Shown one piece after another: positions 37,709 through 48,300 of a stretch of DNA of 64,000 nucleotides (its first letter is position 1; every line of letters starts with the position of its first letter). The position numbers were made by a program, and so were the translations under genes. Location: assembly GCA_016177025.1 (NCBI GenBank), contig JACOWB010000008.1, positions 14,076 to 78,075 of the forward strand, in the 5' to 3' direction. The stretch comes from Candidatus Aenigmatarchaeota archaeon. Lineage in GTDB: Archaea; Aenigmatarchaeota; Aenigmatarchaeia; CG10238-14; SCSR01. A model generated the notes under the pieces. It was not told the DNA's origin and made no database searches. It saw nothing but the letters and a program-made list of their open reading frames with translations.

Positions 37709-38089
37709 ATGCTAGATAGAGATGTGATTAAAGAAGAATATGGAATCGATGGGGATAGAATTGATCGTGTGAAAGTTGCAATTCTGCACGGAATAGAAAA
37801 TTTCCTTTATAATGCCGGACATTTCTCAATATTTGGAGTGGACAGGTTTGGCGTAAAATATAGGGATGTGGAAAGATTTGTTGATAAGGGCATGGGTACT
37901 AAAAGGATTGATGGGTATATGGTTGATTTTGAAGTCAATGGTTCTGTTGTATACAGTACAGATGCGTTAGACCTTGTTTTTGCTATAGAAGAGCTTAGTG
38001 ATGAAAGATTAATCGAACCGTGCAGAGGTAGAAAAATGAACATGATTGGATTAACTGCAAGCGGCTATTTTTATTTAAGAAGAAATTAA
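37709..38089 (+). CDS. hypothetical protein
   Basis: ORF only, 126 aa. Confidence 0.35.
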   Translation: MLDRDVIKEEYGIDGDRIDRVKVAILHGIENFLYNAGHFSIFGVDRFGVKYRDVERFVDKGMGTKRIDGYMVDFEVNGSVVYSTDALDLVFAIEELSDERLIEPCRGRKMNMIGLTASGYFYLRRN

Positions 38090-38142
38090 ACTGTTAAACA
38101 GAAAATTTAAATTAAAAAGATGCTATATAGATTAAGATTGTT

Positions 38143-38409
38143 ATGGCTGACGACCTTTTGAAATTTGAAGGTACTGAATGCGTTCATTGCCACAGAATGG
38201 ATCCATTGGACGAGAAATTGGAGAAGGAGTTCAAGGTTAAGATAAAAAGGATTGAGGTGTGGCACAATGCAAAGAATGCTGCACTACTGGAGCAATATGA
38301 TAAGGGGTTCTGCGGTGGAGTGCCGTTTTACTTTAATACTAAAACAGGAAAATGGATTTGCGGGGAAGTCGATTACGAAACCTTGAAGAAGTGGGCATTG
38401 GGAAAGTAA
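38143..38409 (+). CDS. glutaredoxin/thioredoxin-fold small protein
   Basis: CVHC CxxC motif, GGVPFYFN cis-Pro region. Confidence 0.45.
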   Translation: MADDLLKFEGTECVHCHRMDPLDEKLEKEFKVKIKRIEVWHNAKNAALLEQYDKGFCGGVPFYFNTKTGKWICGEVDYETLKKWALGK

Positions 38410-38437
38410 TTTAAACTAGCCATGCCATCTGATAAAA

Positions 38438-39367
38438 ATGCCTGATAGATTGTTTGATTACGAACATTGGGGTACTGGAGTCCTCTCTGCTGACACCAAT
38501 ATGGCCCTTGAAGAATATCTATTGAAAAGGGTTGCGGAACAGAAGTCCTTTGCCGCAATGAGATTTTATTCATTTGCAAGAGACACAATAGTTCTTGGAT
38601 ATGCTCAAGCCAATGATGCGGTAAAACGTTTAGATGCCGGTGTTGAACTTACGCGACGTATTACTGGCGGTTCGCATGTTCAGACTGGAAAGAATATAGT
38701 TGCATATTCCTTTGTGGTACCAAGAGACGGAAGTTTTAGACATTTTGAAGATATGCGCGCGTATTATGCAGAACGTGTTGCGAACTCCCTTGGCAATATA
38801 GGAATAGAATCCGTCACAGTTGACAATAAAGCTTCAACTATAAATGTCGGTGGTAGGATAATCGCAAGCCACGCAATATTCTGGGGAGTTAACAGTGCTT
38901 TGCTTCATGGATTGATACATCTGACTCCTTATGATGTTGACAGAATAGCTGAACGTGTTATGTTGCAACAACGCCAAATAGGAAGTCATACTTATTCAGA
39001 ATATGCCGCGTTAAAGAACTTGCCGACTGTAGCAACAGAGCTTAACGGCAGAATATCTGGTAATCGCATAAAAGATCACGTGTTAAGGCAACTTGTTAGT
39101 GATGCCATATCACAGGAAGTTACTGGAGGCCATTTTGAAAAGAAACAAATCGATGATAATGTGATGGCTAGGTCTTCTGAATTGTTCCAAAAGAGATATG
39201 GAACGCCACTATGGGTGAACGAACATAGGCCGACGTTTACGCCTGTTGAAGTCGAAGCCATCCCTGGGGAAGAATTGGACGGTCCACTAAGGAAAAACCT
39301 TGGATACTGCTTATTCATACAAGTGCCTGACAGTGACTTCAAAGAAATGTCTGAACCTGTAGAATAA
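38438..39367 (+). CDS. lplA: lipoate-protein ligase (LplA/BPL family)
   Basis: BPL/LplA catalytic core RRITGGSHV...; genomic context with lipoyl-dependent E2. Confidence 0.6.
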   Translation: MPDRLFDYEHWGTGVLSADTNMALEEYLLKRVAEQKSFAAMRFYSFARDTIVLGYAQANDAVKRLDAGVELTRRITGGSHVQTGKNIVAYSFVVPRDGSFRHFEDMRAYYAERVANSLGNIGIESVTVDNKASTINVGGRIIASHAIFWGVNSALLHGLIHLTPYDVDRIAERVMLQQRQIGSHTYSEYAALKNLPTVATELNGRISGNRIKDHVLRQLVSDAISQEVTGGHFEKKQIDDNVMARSSELFQKRYGTPLWVNEHRPTFTPVEVEAIPGEELDGPLRKNLGYCLFIQVPDSDFKEMSEPVE

Positions 39368-39396
39368 TTTATTTATTAAAACATAAGAGAGTTTAT

Positions 39397-40455
39397 ATGC
39401 CGAAAGATGATATTAAAATTGATTTGGATATTTTCCAGATTCTGAATGAAGACGGCAAGATTGTAAATACAAAGGAAATGCCGCAGCTGAAGAATGATGA
39501 TATCAAAAGAATGTACGAACTGATGGTTCTTGCACGCGTGTTCGATGATACTGCACTGAAACTACAGAGAGAGGGCAGAATGCTAACATATGCTTCACTT
39601 CAGGGGCAGGAAGCTGCACAAATCGGATCCGCACTTGCATTCCAGAAGAATGACTGGTTTGTTCCTTCTTATCGCGAGAATGGCGTTTTCATTACAGTTA
39701 ATTATCCGCTGGACATGCTTTACCAGTATTGGGCTGGTGATGAAAGGGGGATGAAGATTCCCGATGACATCAATGCATTGCCTGTCGCGATTCCTGTTGG
39801 AAGCCAGATACCGCATGCAGTTGGCATAGCATGGGCTAACAAATTGATGGGAAGAGATTCTGTTGCGGTTGTATATTTCGGTGATGGCGCCACGAGCAAG
39901 GGGGATTTCCATGAAGGAGCTAATTTTGCCGGGGTTTTTCAGGTTCCTTGCGTTTTCATTTGCCAGAATAACCAGTGGGCCATATCTGTTCCGTTCAAGA
40001 AACAGACACATGCCGAGACGGTAGCACAGAAGGCGATCGCATACGGAATTGAGGGCGTTCGCGTGGATGGCAATGATGTTTTTGCTGTTTTCAAAATTGT
40101 GAAAGATGCTGTTGCCAAGGCTCGTGCAGGAAAGGGGCCGACGCTAATCGAATGCGTGACTTACAGATTGCAGCACCACACTACCGCAGACGACTGGACA
40201 AAATACAGAACACCTGAAGAAGTTGATATGTGGAAACGGAAGGATCCTATTGCACGATTGAAGAAATACATGGAAGATGAGGGGATATGGAATGAAGCTT
40301 ATGAGATGCAAGTTTTGAATGATGCCAAGGCCAAAGTAAGTGAGGCTACGAAGAAATTCGAATCGGCAGAGCCACCAAAACCAATAGACATGTTCACGAA
40401 TGTTTACGAGGAATTGCCTCCTGAAATAGAGGAACAGAGGAAGGATTTTGAGTGA
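39397..40455 (+). CDS. 2-oxoacid dehydrogenase E1 component alpha subunit (TPP-dependent)
   Basis: TPP motif GDGATSKGDFHEGANFA...N; YRENG. Confidence 0.85.
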   Translation: MPKDDIKIDLDIFQILNEDGKIVNTKEMPQLKNDDIKRMYELMVLARVFDDTALKLQREGRMLTYASLQGQEAAQIGSALAFQKNDWFVPSYRENGVFITVNYPLDMLYQYWAGDERGMKIPDDINALPVAIPVGSQIPHAVGIAWANKLMGRDSVAVVYFGDGATSKGDFHEGANFAGVFQVPCVFICQNNQWAISVPFKKQTHAETVAQKAIAYGIEGVRVDGNDVFAVFKIVKDAVAKARAGKGPTLIECVTYRLQHHTTADDWTKYRTPEEVDMWKRKDPIARLKKYMEDEGIWNEAYEMQVLNDAKAKVSEATKKFESAEPPKPIDMFTNVYEELPPEIEEQRKDFE

Positions 40456-41431
40456 TGTTATGAAAATGAATCTGGTTCAAGCAATCGGTCTTGCGTTGAC
40501 GCAGGAAATGGAAAATGATCCGAGTGTAATTCTTTTGGGTGAGGACATTGGAGAAGACGGTGGTGTGTTCAGAGTTACAGAAGGTTTGTGGCAACAATTC
40601 GGTGACAATCGTGTTATTGACACTCCTCTGGCTGAAGTCGGGATAATTGCTACTTCCATTGGCTTGGCTATTGCAGGGATGAAACCGATACCGGAAGTTC
40701 AATTCGATGGATTTTCATTACCTATGCTCGATCAAATTTACAATCATGCGGGGAGAATGAGAAAAAGATCGCAGGGAAAATATCATGTGCCACTTGTATT
40801 CAGAGTTCCGCATGGCGGCGGCATCAGGGCATTGGAGCATCACTCGGAATCATTGGAAGCTTTCTTCACGCACATACCAGGGATTAAAGTTGTCACACCA
40901 TCCGGACCTTATAATGCGAAAGGATTGTTGGTTAGTTCTATTCGTGATCCTGACCCTGTTGTGTTTCTTGAGCCTAAGAGAATCTATCGCGCGATTAAAG
41001 AGGAGGTCCCTGAGGAGGAGTATACGATTCCTTTGAACAAGGCTGAAATCAGGCAGGAAGGAAGTGATGTTACTGTCATTGCATGGGGCGCGATGCAGAA
41101 GATTGTAAAGGAAGCTGTCGAGAAATTAGCTGGAAAGTATTCTGTTGAAATTCTAGATTTGTTGACGCTATATCCTGTTGATAGGAATACTATAATTGAT
41201 TCTGTTAAAAAGACTGGAAGATGTGTTGTTGTGCAGGAAGCACCTAGGACATGCGGATATGGTGCTGAGTTGATTGCGACGATTAATGATAAGGCCTTGT
41301 TGAGTTTGGAAGCGCCTGTTCAGAGGGTGACTGGATACGACATTCCTGTGCCGTTGCCAAAGCTGGAGAATTATTACATTCCCGATGTTACTAGGATTAA
41401 TAAGGCAATCGAAGCCGCGATGAGTTTCTAA
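40448..41431 (+). CDS. 2-oxoacid dehydrogenase E1 component beta subunit
   Basis: Transketolase-like pyrimidine-binding and C-terminal domains; overlaps E1 alpha stop. Confidence 0.85.
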   Translation: MSDVMKMNLVQAIGLALTQEMENDPSVILLGEDIGEDGGVFRVTEGLWQQFGDNRVIDTPLAEVGIIATSIGLAIAGMKPIPEVQFDGFSLPMLDQIYNHAGRMRKRSQGKYHVPLVFRVPHGGGIRALEHHSESLEAFFTHIPGIKVVTPSGPYNAKGLLVSSIRDPDPVVFLEPKRIYRAIKEEVPEEEYTIPLNKAEIRQEGSDVTVIAWGAMQKIVKEAVEKLAGKYSVEILDLLTLYPVDRNTIIDSVKKTGRCVVVQEAPRTCGYGAELIATINDKALLSLEAPVQRVTGYDIPVPLPKLENYYIPDVTRINKAIEAAMSF

Positions 41432-41610
41432 AACCCGCATTATCTCAACTTGAGGCTATCATGGGTTTTAATTATTTTATTCCAAATTAATGGGACTTTA
41501 TAAATGAAAATTAAGGTAATTACAATAGATGGAAGGGAAATGGGAGAAATGCTCAGCCCAATCGGTACCAATATTTCTGATTGACTAAAAATGAGAATTC
41601 AGAGTGTTTC

Positions 41611-42201
41611 TTAAGAAGTCATACCGTCTATGCTTTCAATGACATACCGAATATTTCCCTTTGGCGCATTGACATCTACTTCGTCACCAACCCGTTTACC
41701 AAGTAAAGAACTGCCTACGGGAGAGGTTTTAGATATTTTGCCTTGTTCCAGATTTGCTTGCCCATTCACAATAGTATACATATGTTCGCCTCCTGAACCA
41801 ACCTCTCGAATATGCACAGTCATACCCACTCTCACGACATTTTCATAAGTGGGGAAAGCTTCTGGCATATCGCCGGGGTCACCGTATACATTAAAGGCGC
41901 TTCCAGTCGTTCTTCTTGCCGGTACGTTTCTCCTAGGCACTTTTCGCTGAACTCGATAAGTCAAATGCCCAGGATCTATTTGTGCAACTCGAGCCAGTCC
42001 ATACGAAGTAAGATCATATGGGCCGTCTGCCGGGCCCCATTCGATTAATCCTCCTTTTCTCAAGCGTGTTATTGTATTTTTAACTTGCTTCTGGTTACCT
42101 TCAACAAGCTCTAATAAAAGGCTTATATCAGGGTGCCTGTAATAAATGTTTTCTAATACAACATTCTCTTTTTCACCCGGGGTTAGTTTGCTATACGACA
42201 T
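41611..42201 (-). CDS. wHTH plus GreA/GreB C-terminal (FKBP-like) domain protein
   Basis: C-terminal MYTIVNGQANLEQGKISKTSPVGSSLLGKRVGDEVDVNAPKGNIRYVIESI matches the GreA C-domain consensus (ISxxSPxGxALxGxxxGDxV). Confidence 0.5.
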   Translation of the reverse strand: MSYSKLTPGEKENVVLENIYYRHPDISLLLELVEGNQKQVKNTITRLRKGGLIEWGPADGPYDLTSYGLARVAQIDPGHLTYRVQRKVPRRNVPARRTTGSAFNVYGDPGDMPEAFPTYENVVRVGMTVHIREVGSGGEHMYTIVNGQANLEQGKISKTSPVGSSLLGKRVGDEVDVNAPKGNIRYVIESIDGMTS

Positions 42202-42294
42202 ATATAGCTAATTTATTGAAATCTTAGGTTTAAGCATTTTTCTAATTTCAGAGTTAAAAGAACGAACTTTTGAATGCGTCTGATGCGTTCTTAG

Positions 42295-42504
42295 TTAAAA
42301 AACTAATTTCTCCTCCAAGATACTCGCACTACCGCCGGATTTCTTGATGAAAGTTGCTATTTCTATTAAGGAACGCAAATCTCGTGATTTCCAAAGAGAC
42401 TGTTGAAATTTTTTGGAATCAATTTTAATTAAATCTCTGTGAACTTTCTTTCTAACTCTAGTCAGCTCCCTTGGCATATCGAAAGTTAAAATAAACTCTT
42501 TCAT
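42295..42504 (-). CDS. hypothetical small protein
   Basis: ORF only, 69 aa, basic. Confidence 0.3.
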   Translation of the reverse strand: MKEFILTFDMPRELTRVRKKVHRDLIKIDSKKFQQSLWKSRDLRSLIEIATFIKKSGGSASILEEKLVF

Positions 42505-42566
42505 GATATTGATGTCACACGTGTGACATTTAAACTTTTCTATACTTCAAAAACAAAAGAAAGATA

Positions 42567-43823
42567 ATGCCAAAAGAGTTCAAGTTCCCTGACATCGGCG
42601 AAGGAATAGAAGAAGGAGAGATAGTCAAGTGGCACGTCAAGGAAGGCGACAAGGTAGAAGAGCATCAAGTAGTCGGCGAAGTGGAGACTGACAAGGCTGT
42701 TGCTGAAATTCCGTCCCCATATTCTGGTATCGTGCTGAAGATTAATTTCAAGGAAGGCGAGACTGTAAAAGTTGGCCAAGTGTTATTTGTTATAGGAGAG
42801 GAAGGAGAAACTGTTTCTGAAACTAAGCCCGAGGTTAAAGCTCCTGTATTTAAAGCGGCTGGTGCGGTTGGTTATCTTGAAGAGGCCCCTGAAGAGGAGG
42901 ATGTTCAACCTAGACATGTGGTTGCAAAGCCCGTCACTGTCGAATCTGCTGTATTGGCTACCCCTATAGTAAGAAATCTTGCGAGACAGTTAGGTGTTGA
43001 TATAACAAAAGTTGTCGGAACTGGTCCTGAGGGAAGAATAACCGAAGACGATGTGAAAAAGTCTATTGAAACAACAGAAGAAAAATCTCCTGAAATAAAG
43101 AAAGTGAGAAAATACGATATGTGGGGTTATGTCGACCATGTCCCATTGAAGGGAATAAGGAAATCTATCGCTAGACACATGGTAGAATCCGTGAAGCACA
43201 TACCGCATGTAGCGACAATGGACGAGGCTGATGTAACTGAATTGGCAAAACTGCGGGAGCGAGAAAAAATTAAAGCGCAAGAGAAGGGAATCAAATTAAC
43301 ATATCTACCATTCATAATGAAAGCCTGCGTTGCCGCACTGAAAGAATTCCCGTTATTGAACGCCACACTCGACGAGGAGAATGAAGACATTATTGTTAGG
43401 AAATACTACAGCATTGGGTTTGCTGTTGATGTCGACGGCGAGGGGTTGGTCGTACCTGTGATAAAGTATGCAGAAAATAAAAGCATATTGGATATAGCCA
43501 AAGAATTGCAGGATCTTGCTGAAAAGGCCAGAATTAAAAAACTGGATTTGAACGACATGCGTGGCGGGTCCTTTTCAATCACCAATTACGGAAGCATTGG
43601 CGGGATATTCGCCACACCGATAATCAACTATCCTGAATCTGCGATACTCGGCATGGGAAGGATATACGAAAAACCTCTAATTGTCGAAGGCAAGATAGAA
43701 GTGAGGAAGGTCTTACCCTTGTCGCTAGTGTTTGACCATCGAGTTGCCGACGGCGCTTATGCTGCAAGATTTTTGAATGCTCTTATTCTGAATTTAAAAA
43801 ATCCAGAGAAGCTACTTGAATAA
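42567..43823 (+). CDS. dihydrolipoamide acyltransferase (E2) of 2-oxoacid dehydrogenase complex
   Basis: Lipoyl domain ETDKAVAEIPSP; catalytic DHRVADGA. Confidence 0.85.
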   Translation: MPKEFKFPDIGEGIEEGEIVKWHVKEGDKVEEHQVVGEVETDKAVAEIPSPYSGIVLKINFKEGETVKVGQVLFVIGEEGETVSETKPEVKAPVFKAAGAVGYLEEAPEEEDVQPRHVVAKPVTVESAVLATPIVRNLARQLGVDITKVVGTGPEGRITEDDVKKSIETTEEKSPEIKKVRKYDMWGYVDHVPLKGIRKSIARHMVESVKHIPHVATMDEADVTELAKLREREKIKAQEKGIKLTYLPFIMKACVAALKEFPLLNATLDEENEDIIVRKYYSIGFAVDVDGEGLVVPVIKYAENKSILDIAKELQDLAEKARIKKLDLNDMRGGSFSITNYGSIGGIFATPIINYPESAILGMGRIYEKPLIVEGKIEVRKVLPLSLVFDHRVADGAYAARFLNALILNLKNPEKLLE

Positions 43824-43882
43824 GGTATTTATAATCTTCTGATTAAACCTATTTATCAGGTGGAATAACGCCGTTCGAAACA

Positions 43883-44179
43883 TTGCTGTTCTCGTGGGGA
43901 ATTGTTGATGTAATTGCTGGGTCTTTATTGGCTTTAAATTTTGTATCTTTCTTCCACACCTTGCTTTTCTATTTCGGTGTGATAATTCTCGTAAAGGGTA
44001 TGTGGACACTTGTTATGAGATGGCGCAATAAGATTTATTTTGATGTGACAAACTGGGTAGATGTGTTATCGGGCGCTATCATGCTTTTAATTTACTTTGG
44101 CGTATCAACGCCTTTCTCATGGATTCTAGGATTAGCGATCATAATCAAAGGCCTGTGGTCAATGATTACAGCGATGTAG
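43883..44179 (+). CDS. small membrane protein with internal repeat (KGxW motif)
   Basis: Two ~45-aa repeats, each ending in I(L/I)VKGMW / IIIKGLW. Confidence 0.35.
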   Translation: MLFSWGIVDVIAGSLLALNFVSFFHTLLFYFGVIILVKGMWTLVMRWRNKIYFDVTNWVDVLSGAIMLLIYFGVSTPFSWILGLAIIIKGLWSMITAM

Positions 44180-44225
44180 ATTTTACCATAACAAAGTTTA
44201 TATTTCTGCAAACAGATTCCCCGTT

Positions 44226-44444
44226 ATGGTTATTGTATATCTTCTGACAATTCTAGATGCGGTGACGGCATTCGTGCTGGCTACTCATGTTGCACTAGGA
44301 TGGTTTTCTGCAGAGGTTGTGGCATACCATGCCGCAGCATTTGACATCCTTTCTTTTAATATGGCCACTGTCACTTCTGTTGTCTGGCTTTTGCAAAAAG
44401 GTATCTTTTTATTTATAACACCTATTCTTAAGATATTTTTCTAG
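44226..44444 (+). CDS. small membrane protein, paralogous to the 43883 repeat unit
   Basis: Hydrophobic 72 aa, LLQKGIFLF. Confidence 0.3.
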   Translation: MVIVYLLTILDAVTAFVLATHVALGWFSAEVVAYHAAAFDILSFNMATVTSVVWLLQKGIFLFITPILKIFF

Positions 44445-44451
44445 TGGTCGA

Positions 44452-44652
44452 ATGAATCTGGAATTTTTCGAATTTAGCCTGCGCAAACTGGTGATAGCCA
44501 AGACTTTCGGCATACCCCTCCTGATAGCAGACTATGCATTCGATGTTTTCTCGTACATACAGCTTGGCACAGCACTAAAAATCATTCTGCTTATAATCGG
44601 AAGCTATCTGCTAGGGTGCACGGTCGACTATCTCATTTACAAGTCTAGATAA
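44452..44652 (+). CDS. small membrane protein
   Basis: ORF only, 66 aa, 2 TM. Confidence 0.3.
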   Translation: MNLEFFEFSLRKLVIAKTFGIPLLIADYAFDVFSYIQLGTALKIILLIIGSYLLGCTVDYLIYKSR

Positions 44653-45364
44653 AGTAGTGAACAGCGCCCCCGATAAAATATGCGACAGAAGCCGCAAACA
44701 CTCCTATAACAAGCATCTCCAGACCGCTCCTGAGCCATCCTATCTGCGTGAACATACTCTTCAGACTGCCGAGGATGAATATGCTTGCAAAGGAACTTGT
44801 CAATGCTATAATAAGCGCCGTGTTGACATCGTTAAAAAAATAAGGCACCAGCGGTATGCCACCTCCTATGAGAAAGGCGATGAAAATTATAATTCCCACT
44901 TTCAAGGGGTTTGGGTAACTGCTCTCCACCAATCCAAGCTCCTCCTTCATCATAACGTCCAGCCATCTCTCCTTTTTTGACGTTATCGTTTTCACAATCT
45001 TCTCCAGAGTTTTTCCCCTGAAACCCTTCTGCATGTATATATGCATTATTTCCTCCCTCTCTGCATCCGGCGATTTTTCGATCTCCTTTCTTTCCCTCCC
45101 CTTTATCTTTTTATAGACTTCCACCTGAGACTTGGATGATATGTATCCGCCCAGAGACATGGAAATACCGTCTGCCAAAATGTTCGCCATGCCCGCAAAA
45201 ATTATTATAAGATTGGAAATGCCTGTAGCGGTAAGCGCGGCAACAATGGCCAGAGTAGTTATTATTCCGTCATTGAACCCGAAAATAAAATCCCTTATAT
45301 GCTGACCGTAATTAACTTTTGATTGTTCATAAATCCTGTGGGACTCGAACTCGGAAGGATTCAT
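44645..45364 (-). CDS. VIT1/CCC1-family Fe/Mn transporter
   Basis: FGFNDGIITTLAIVAAL plus GMANILADGISMSLGGYIS signature. Confidence 0.75.
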   Translation of the reverse strand: MNPSEFESHRIYEQSKVNYGQHIRDFIFGFNDGIITTLAIVAALTATGISNLIIIFAGMANILADGISMSLGGYISSKSQVEVYKKIKGRERKEIEKSPDAEREEIMHIYMQKGFRGKTLEKIVKTITSKKERWLDVMMKEELGLVESSYPNPLKVGIIIFIAFLIGGGIPLVPYFFNDVNTALIIALTSSFASIFILGSLKSMFTQIGWLRSGLEMLVIGVFAASVAYFIGGAVHYFI

Positions 45365-45387
45365 TAAAAATAATTAACAGAAGAAGT

Positions 45388-48300
45388 TTAAGAGCATCCG
45401 CTAGTCGCACCGCATGAGGTGCAGACATAACAACTCCCGCTCCTAACCATCATCCCGCCGCATTCATGGCATGTGGGAGCATCTCCGGCCAAGTCATACT
45501 TGAACCCCTCTTTCTCTCTGGTGAATTGCGATAACTTGGCTATCTCCCGGCTCTGACTTTCGACGTCTTCTGCCTCCTTTTCAATGACAATCTTCTCCCC
45601 GTTCAGCAATCCCAGTTCCTTCAAATCCTCCTTCGGCAGGAACTTGATTGCAAGCCATCTGAAAATGTAATCCATGATTGATTTGGCAACAGGTATATCC
45701 GGATTATCGGTCCACCCCATAGGTTCGAATCTGTTGTTGATGTGCTTGCTGACCCATACTTTCAGCGGCACGCCATATTGCAGTCCTATAGATACAGCCT
45801 GCGCGAATGAATCCAACAATCCTCTTAAAGTGCTGCCCTGCTTCGCAACTGTGATGAATATCTCTCCTGGTGTATTCTCATCGAACAGTCCAACATGCAG
45901 ATAACCTTCCTGATTACCGACCCTGAACTTGTGCGCAATGGCTTGCCTTTCATCGGGCAGTCTTCTTCTTTCCAGTCTCATTTCTTCCTTCTTTTCCTTA
46001 AAAACATTAAGCGGCTGGATGACCTTGCTTCCATCGCGGTAAAGCGCAAGCGACTTCAATCCCAATTTCCACGATTCAAAATAAACCTTCTTAATCTCTT
46101 CAACAGTGGCATGATTGGGCATATTGATTGTCTTGCTTATGCTTCCTGATAGGAAAGGCTGTACAGCAGCCATCATGTACACATGCGCCATGTAATCGAT
46201 ATATCTCTCTCCCTTCTTTCCGCATCTGTTTGCGCAATCAAAAATCGGATAGTGCTCTGTCTTCAGATGCGGCGCGCCTTCTATAGTCTGTGTCCCGCAG
46301 ATGAATTCATTCGCAGCCTCAATTTCGTCATCCCTGAATCCAAGAGCTTTCAACAAATTGAAACCAGGTTCTGTGTACTGCGACTCCCTGATTCCCAATC
46401 TCTCCATGCAGTCCTTGCCAAGGGTGTTGATATTGAAAACGAATGACAACTCCAACGAGCCCGGCAACAACTTTTCCATCTTGGCTATATCATCATCGGT
46501 TATCCCCTTTCTCTTTAGCGTGAATGTATTAATGTAAGGCACGCCTTCAAACCTGTTGCTTCCAACCATGTACCTTAGGACATCTTTAATCTGGTCTTCT
46601 GTATATCCGAGATTTTTCAGTGCATGCGGGACGCTTTGATTGACAATCTTGAAATATCCCCCGCCAACCAATTTCTTGAACTTGACCAAAGCGAAATCCG
46701 GCTCCACCCCGGTTGTATCAGCGTCCATTACAAAACTGATGGTCCCTGTCGGAGCAATCAAAGTGGCTTGTGCATTCCTGTATCCATATTGCTCGCCCAA
46801 CATCAGCGCCCTGTCCCAGGATTCTATCGCTGTTTTCAAAAGATATTCGGGACACTGTGTATGATCAATGCCGGGAGGCACTATACTTAATTTTTCGTAT
46901 TCTTCTTTAGGTGCATTGTAAACTGCTCTTCTGTGATTTTTAATTACTCTCAGCATGTATTCTTTGTTCTTTTCAAATTCCTCAAAAGGACCCAATACAC
47001 TAGCAAGTTCCGCAGATGTGGCATAACTTTCGCCGCCCATTATTGCGCTTATTGCAGCTGCGATTGTTCTTGCTTTATCAGAATCGTAAGGGATTCCCAT
47101 CAGCATCAGAATAGAGCCGAGATTAGTGTACCCTAAACCAAGACTTCTTGTCTTGTAAGTTACGTCAGCGATTTCCTTTGAAGGGAATTGGGCCATTAAA
47201 ATCGAAATTTCAAGGACAATCGTCCATAAACGGACAGCATGCTTGAATGTTTCTGCATTGAATGTTCCTCCGTTTTCTAAGAATTTCCCGACATTTAATG
47301 ATGCCAAGTTGCATGCCGAATTATCAAGGTATGCGAACTCACTGCACGGGTTAGTTGCATTTATTCTACCGGATGCAGGTGATGTATGCCAATCATTGTA
47401 TGTTGTATCGAATTGCAATCCCGGATCGGCACATTCCCATGCTGCCTGCGCAATCGCATCCCACAAGTGACGAGCCTTGATTGTTTTCGCAATTCTGCCA
47501 TCGGTTCTCCATGTCAAGTTCCAATCCTTGTCATCGATAACGGCCTTCATGAATTCATCTGTCACACGAACTGAATTATTAGAATTCTGGCCGAAGACAT
47601 GTTCGCCTGCAGATTCGATATTATAACCATCGACTAATCCCGCGCCAACTAATGTTGCGAATTTTTTCTCTTCGTTCGCCTTCCATCTTATGAATGACTC
47701 TATCTCAGGATGGTCGATGTTCAACAGAACCATCTTTGCTGCTCTGCGAGTTGTGCCTCCAGATTTAATCGAGCCTGCGACAGTATCGTAAATCTTCAAG
47801 AAAGACATCACTCCGCTTGATGTTCCCCCACCTGACAAATGTTCGCCTTTGGCTCTCAAGTTTGAGAAATTCGTCCCTGTCCCACTTCCATATTTGAAAA
47901 TTCTTGCTTCCCTAACAGCTAAATCTAAAATACCGCCTTCATTAACCAAATCGTCTCTTACGGGCTGGATGAAGCATGCGTGACATTGCGAGTGGGAATA
48001 AGCATCTTTCGATTGTGTCAATTCCTTTGTGTCGGGATCCACATACCAATGCCCCTGTGCTGATCCAGTGATTCCATAAGCCCACTGCAATCCTGTGTTG
48101 AACCATTGAGGTGAATTTGGTGCCGCGAATTGTTGTAACAGTGTGTATGAGATTTCATCATAAAATGCCTGTGCGTCACCTTCTGTTGCAAAATAATTGT
48201 ATTTCTTTCCCCACCATGTCCAGCATCCTGCAAGCCTGTGAATAACTTGCTTCAATGACGTCTCGCTACCGAGAATTTGCTGACCGTTCGCATCTAGAAC

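Noticed and set aside
41504-41584. 26-codon ORF downstream of the E1-beta gene
   Set aside because: It is too short and featureless to call.
45674-47574. Eight plus-strand ORFs of 62-88 aa inside the nrdJ region
   Set aside because: They are antisense to a 1060-aa RNR with clear motifs and have no features of their own.
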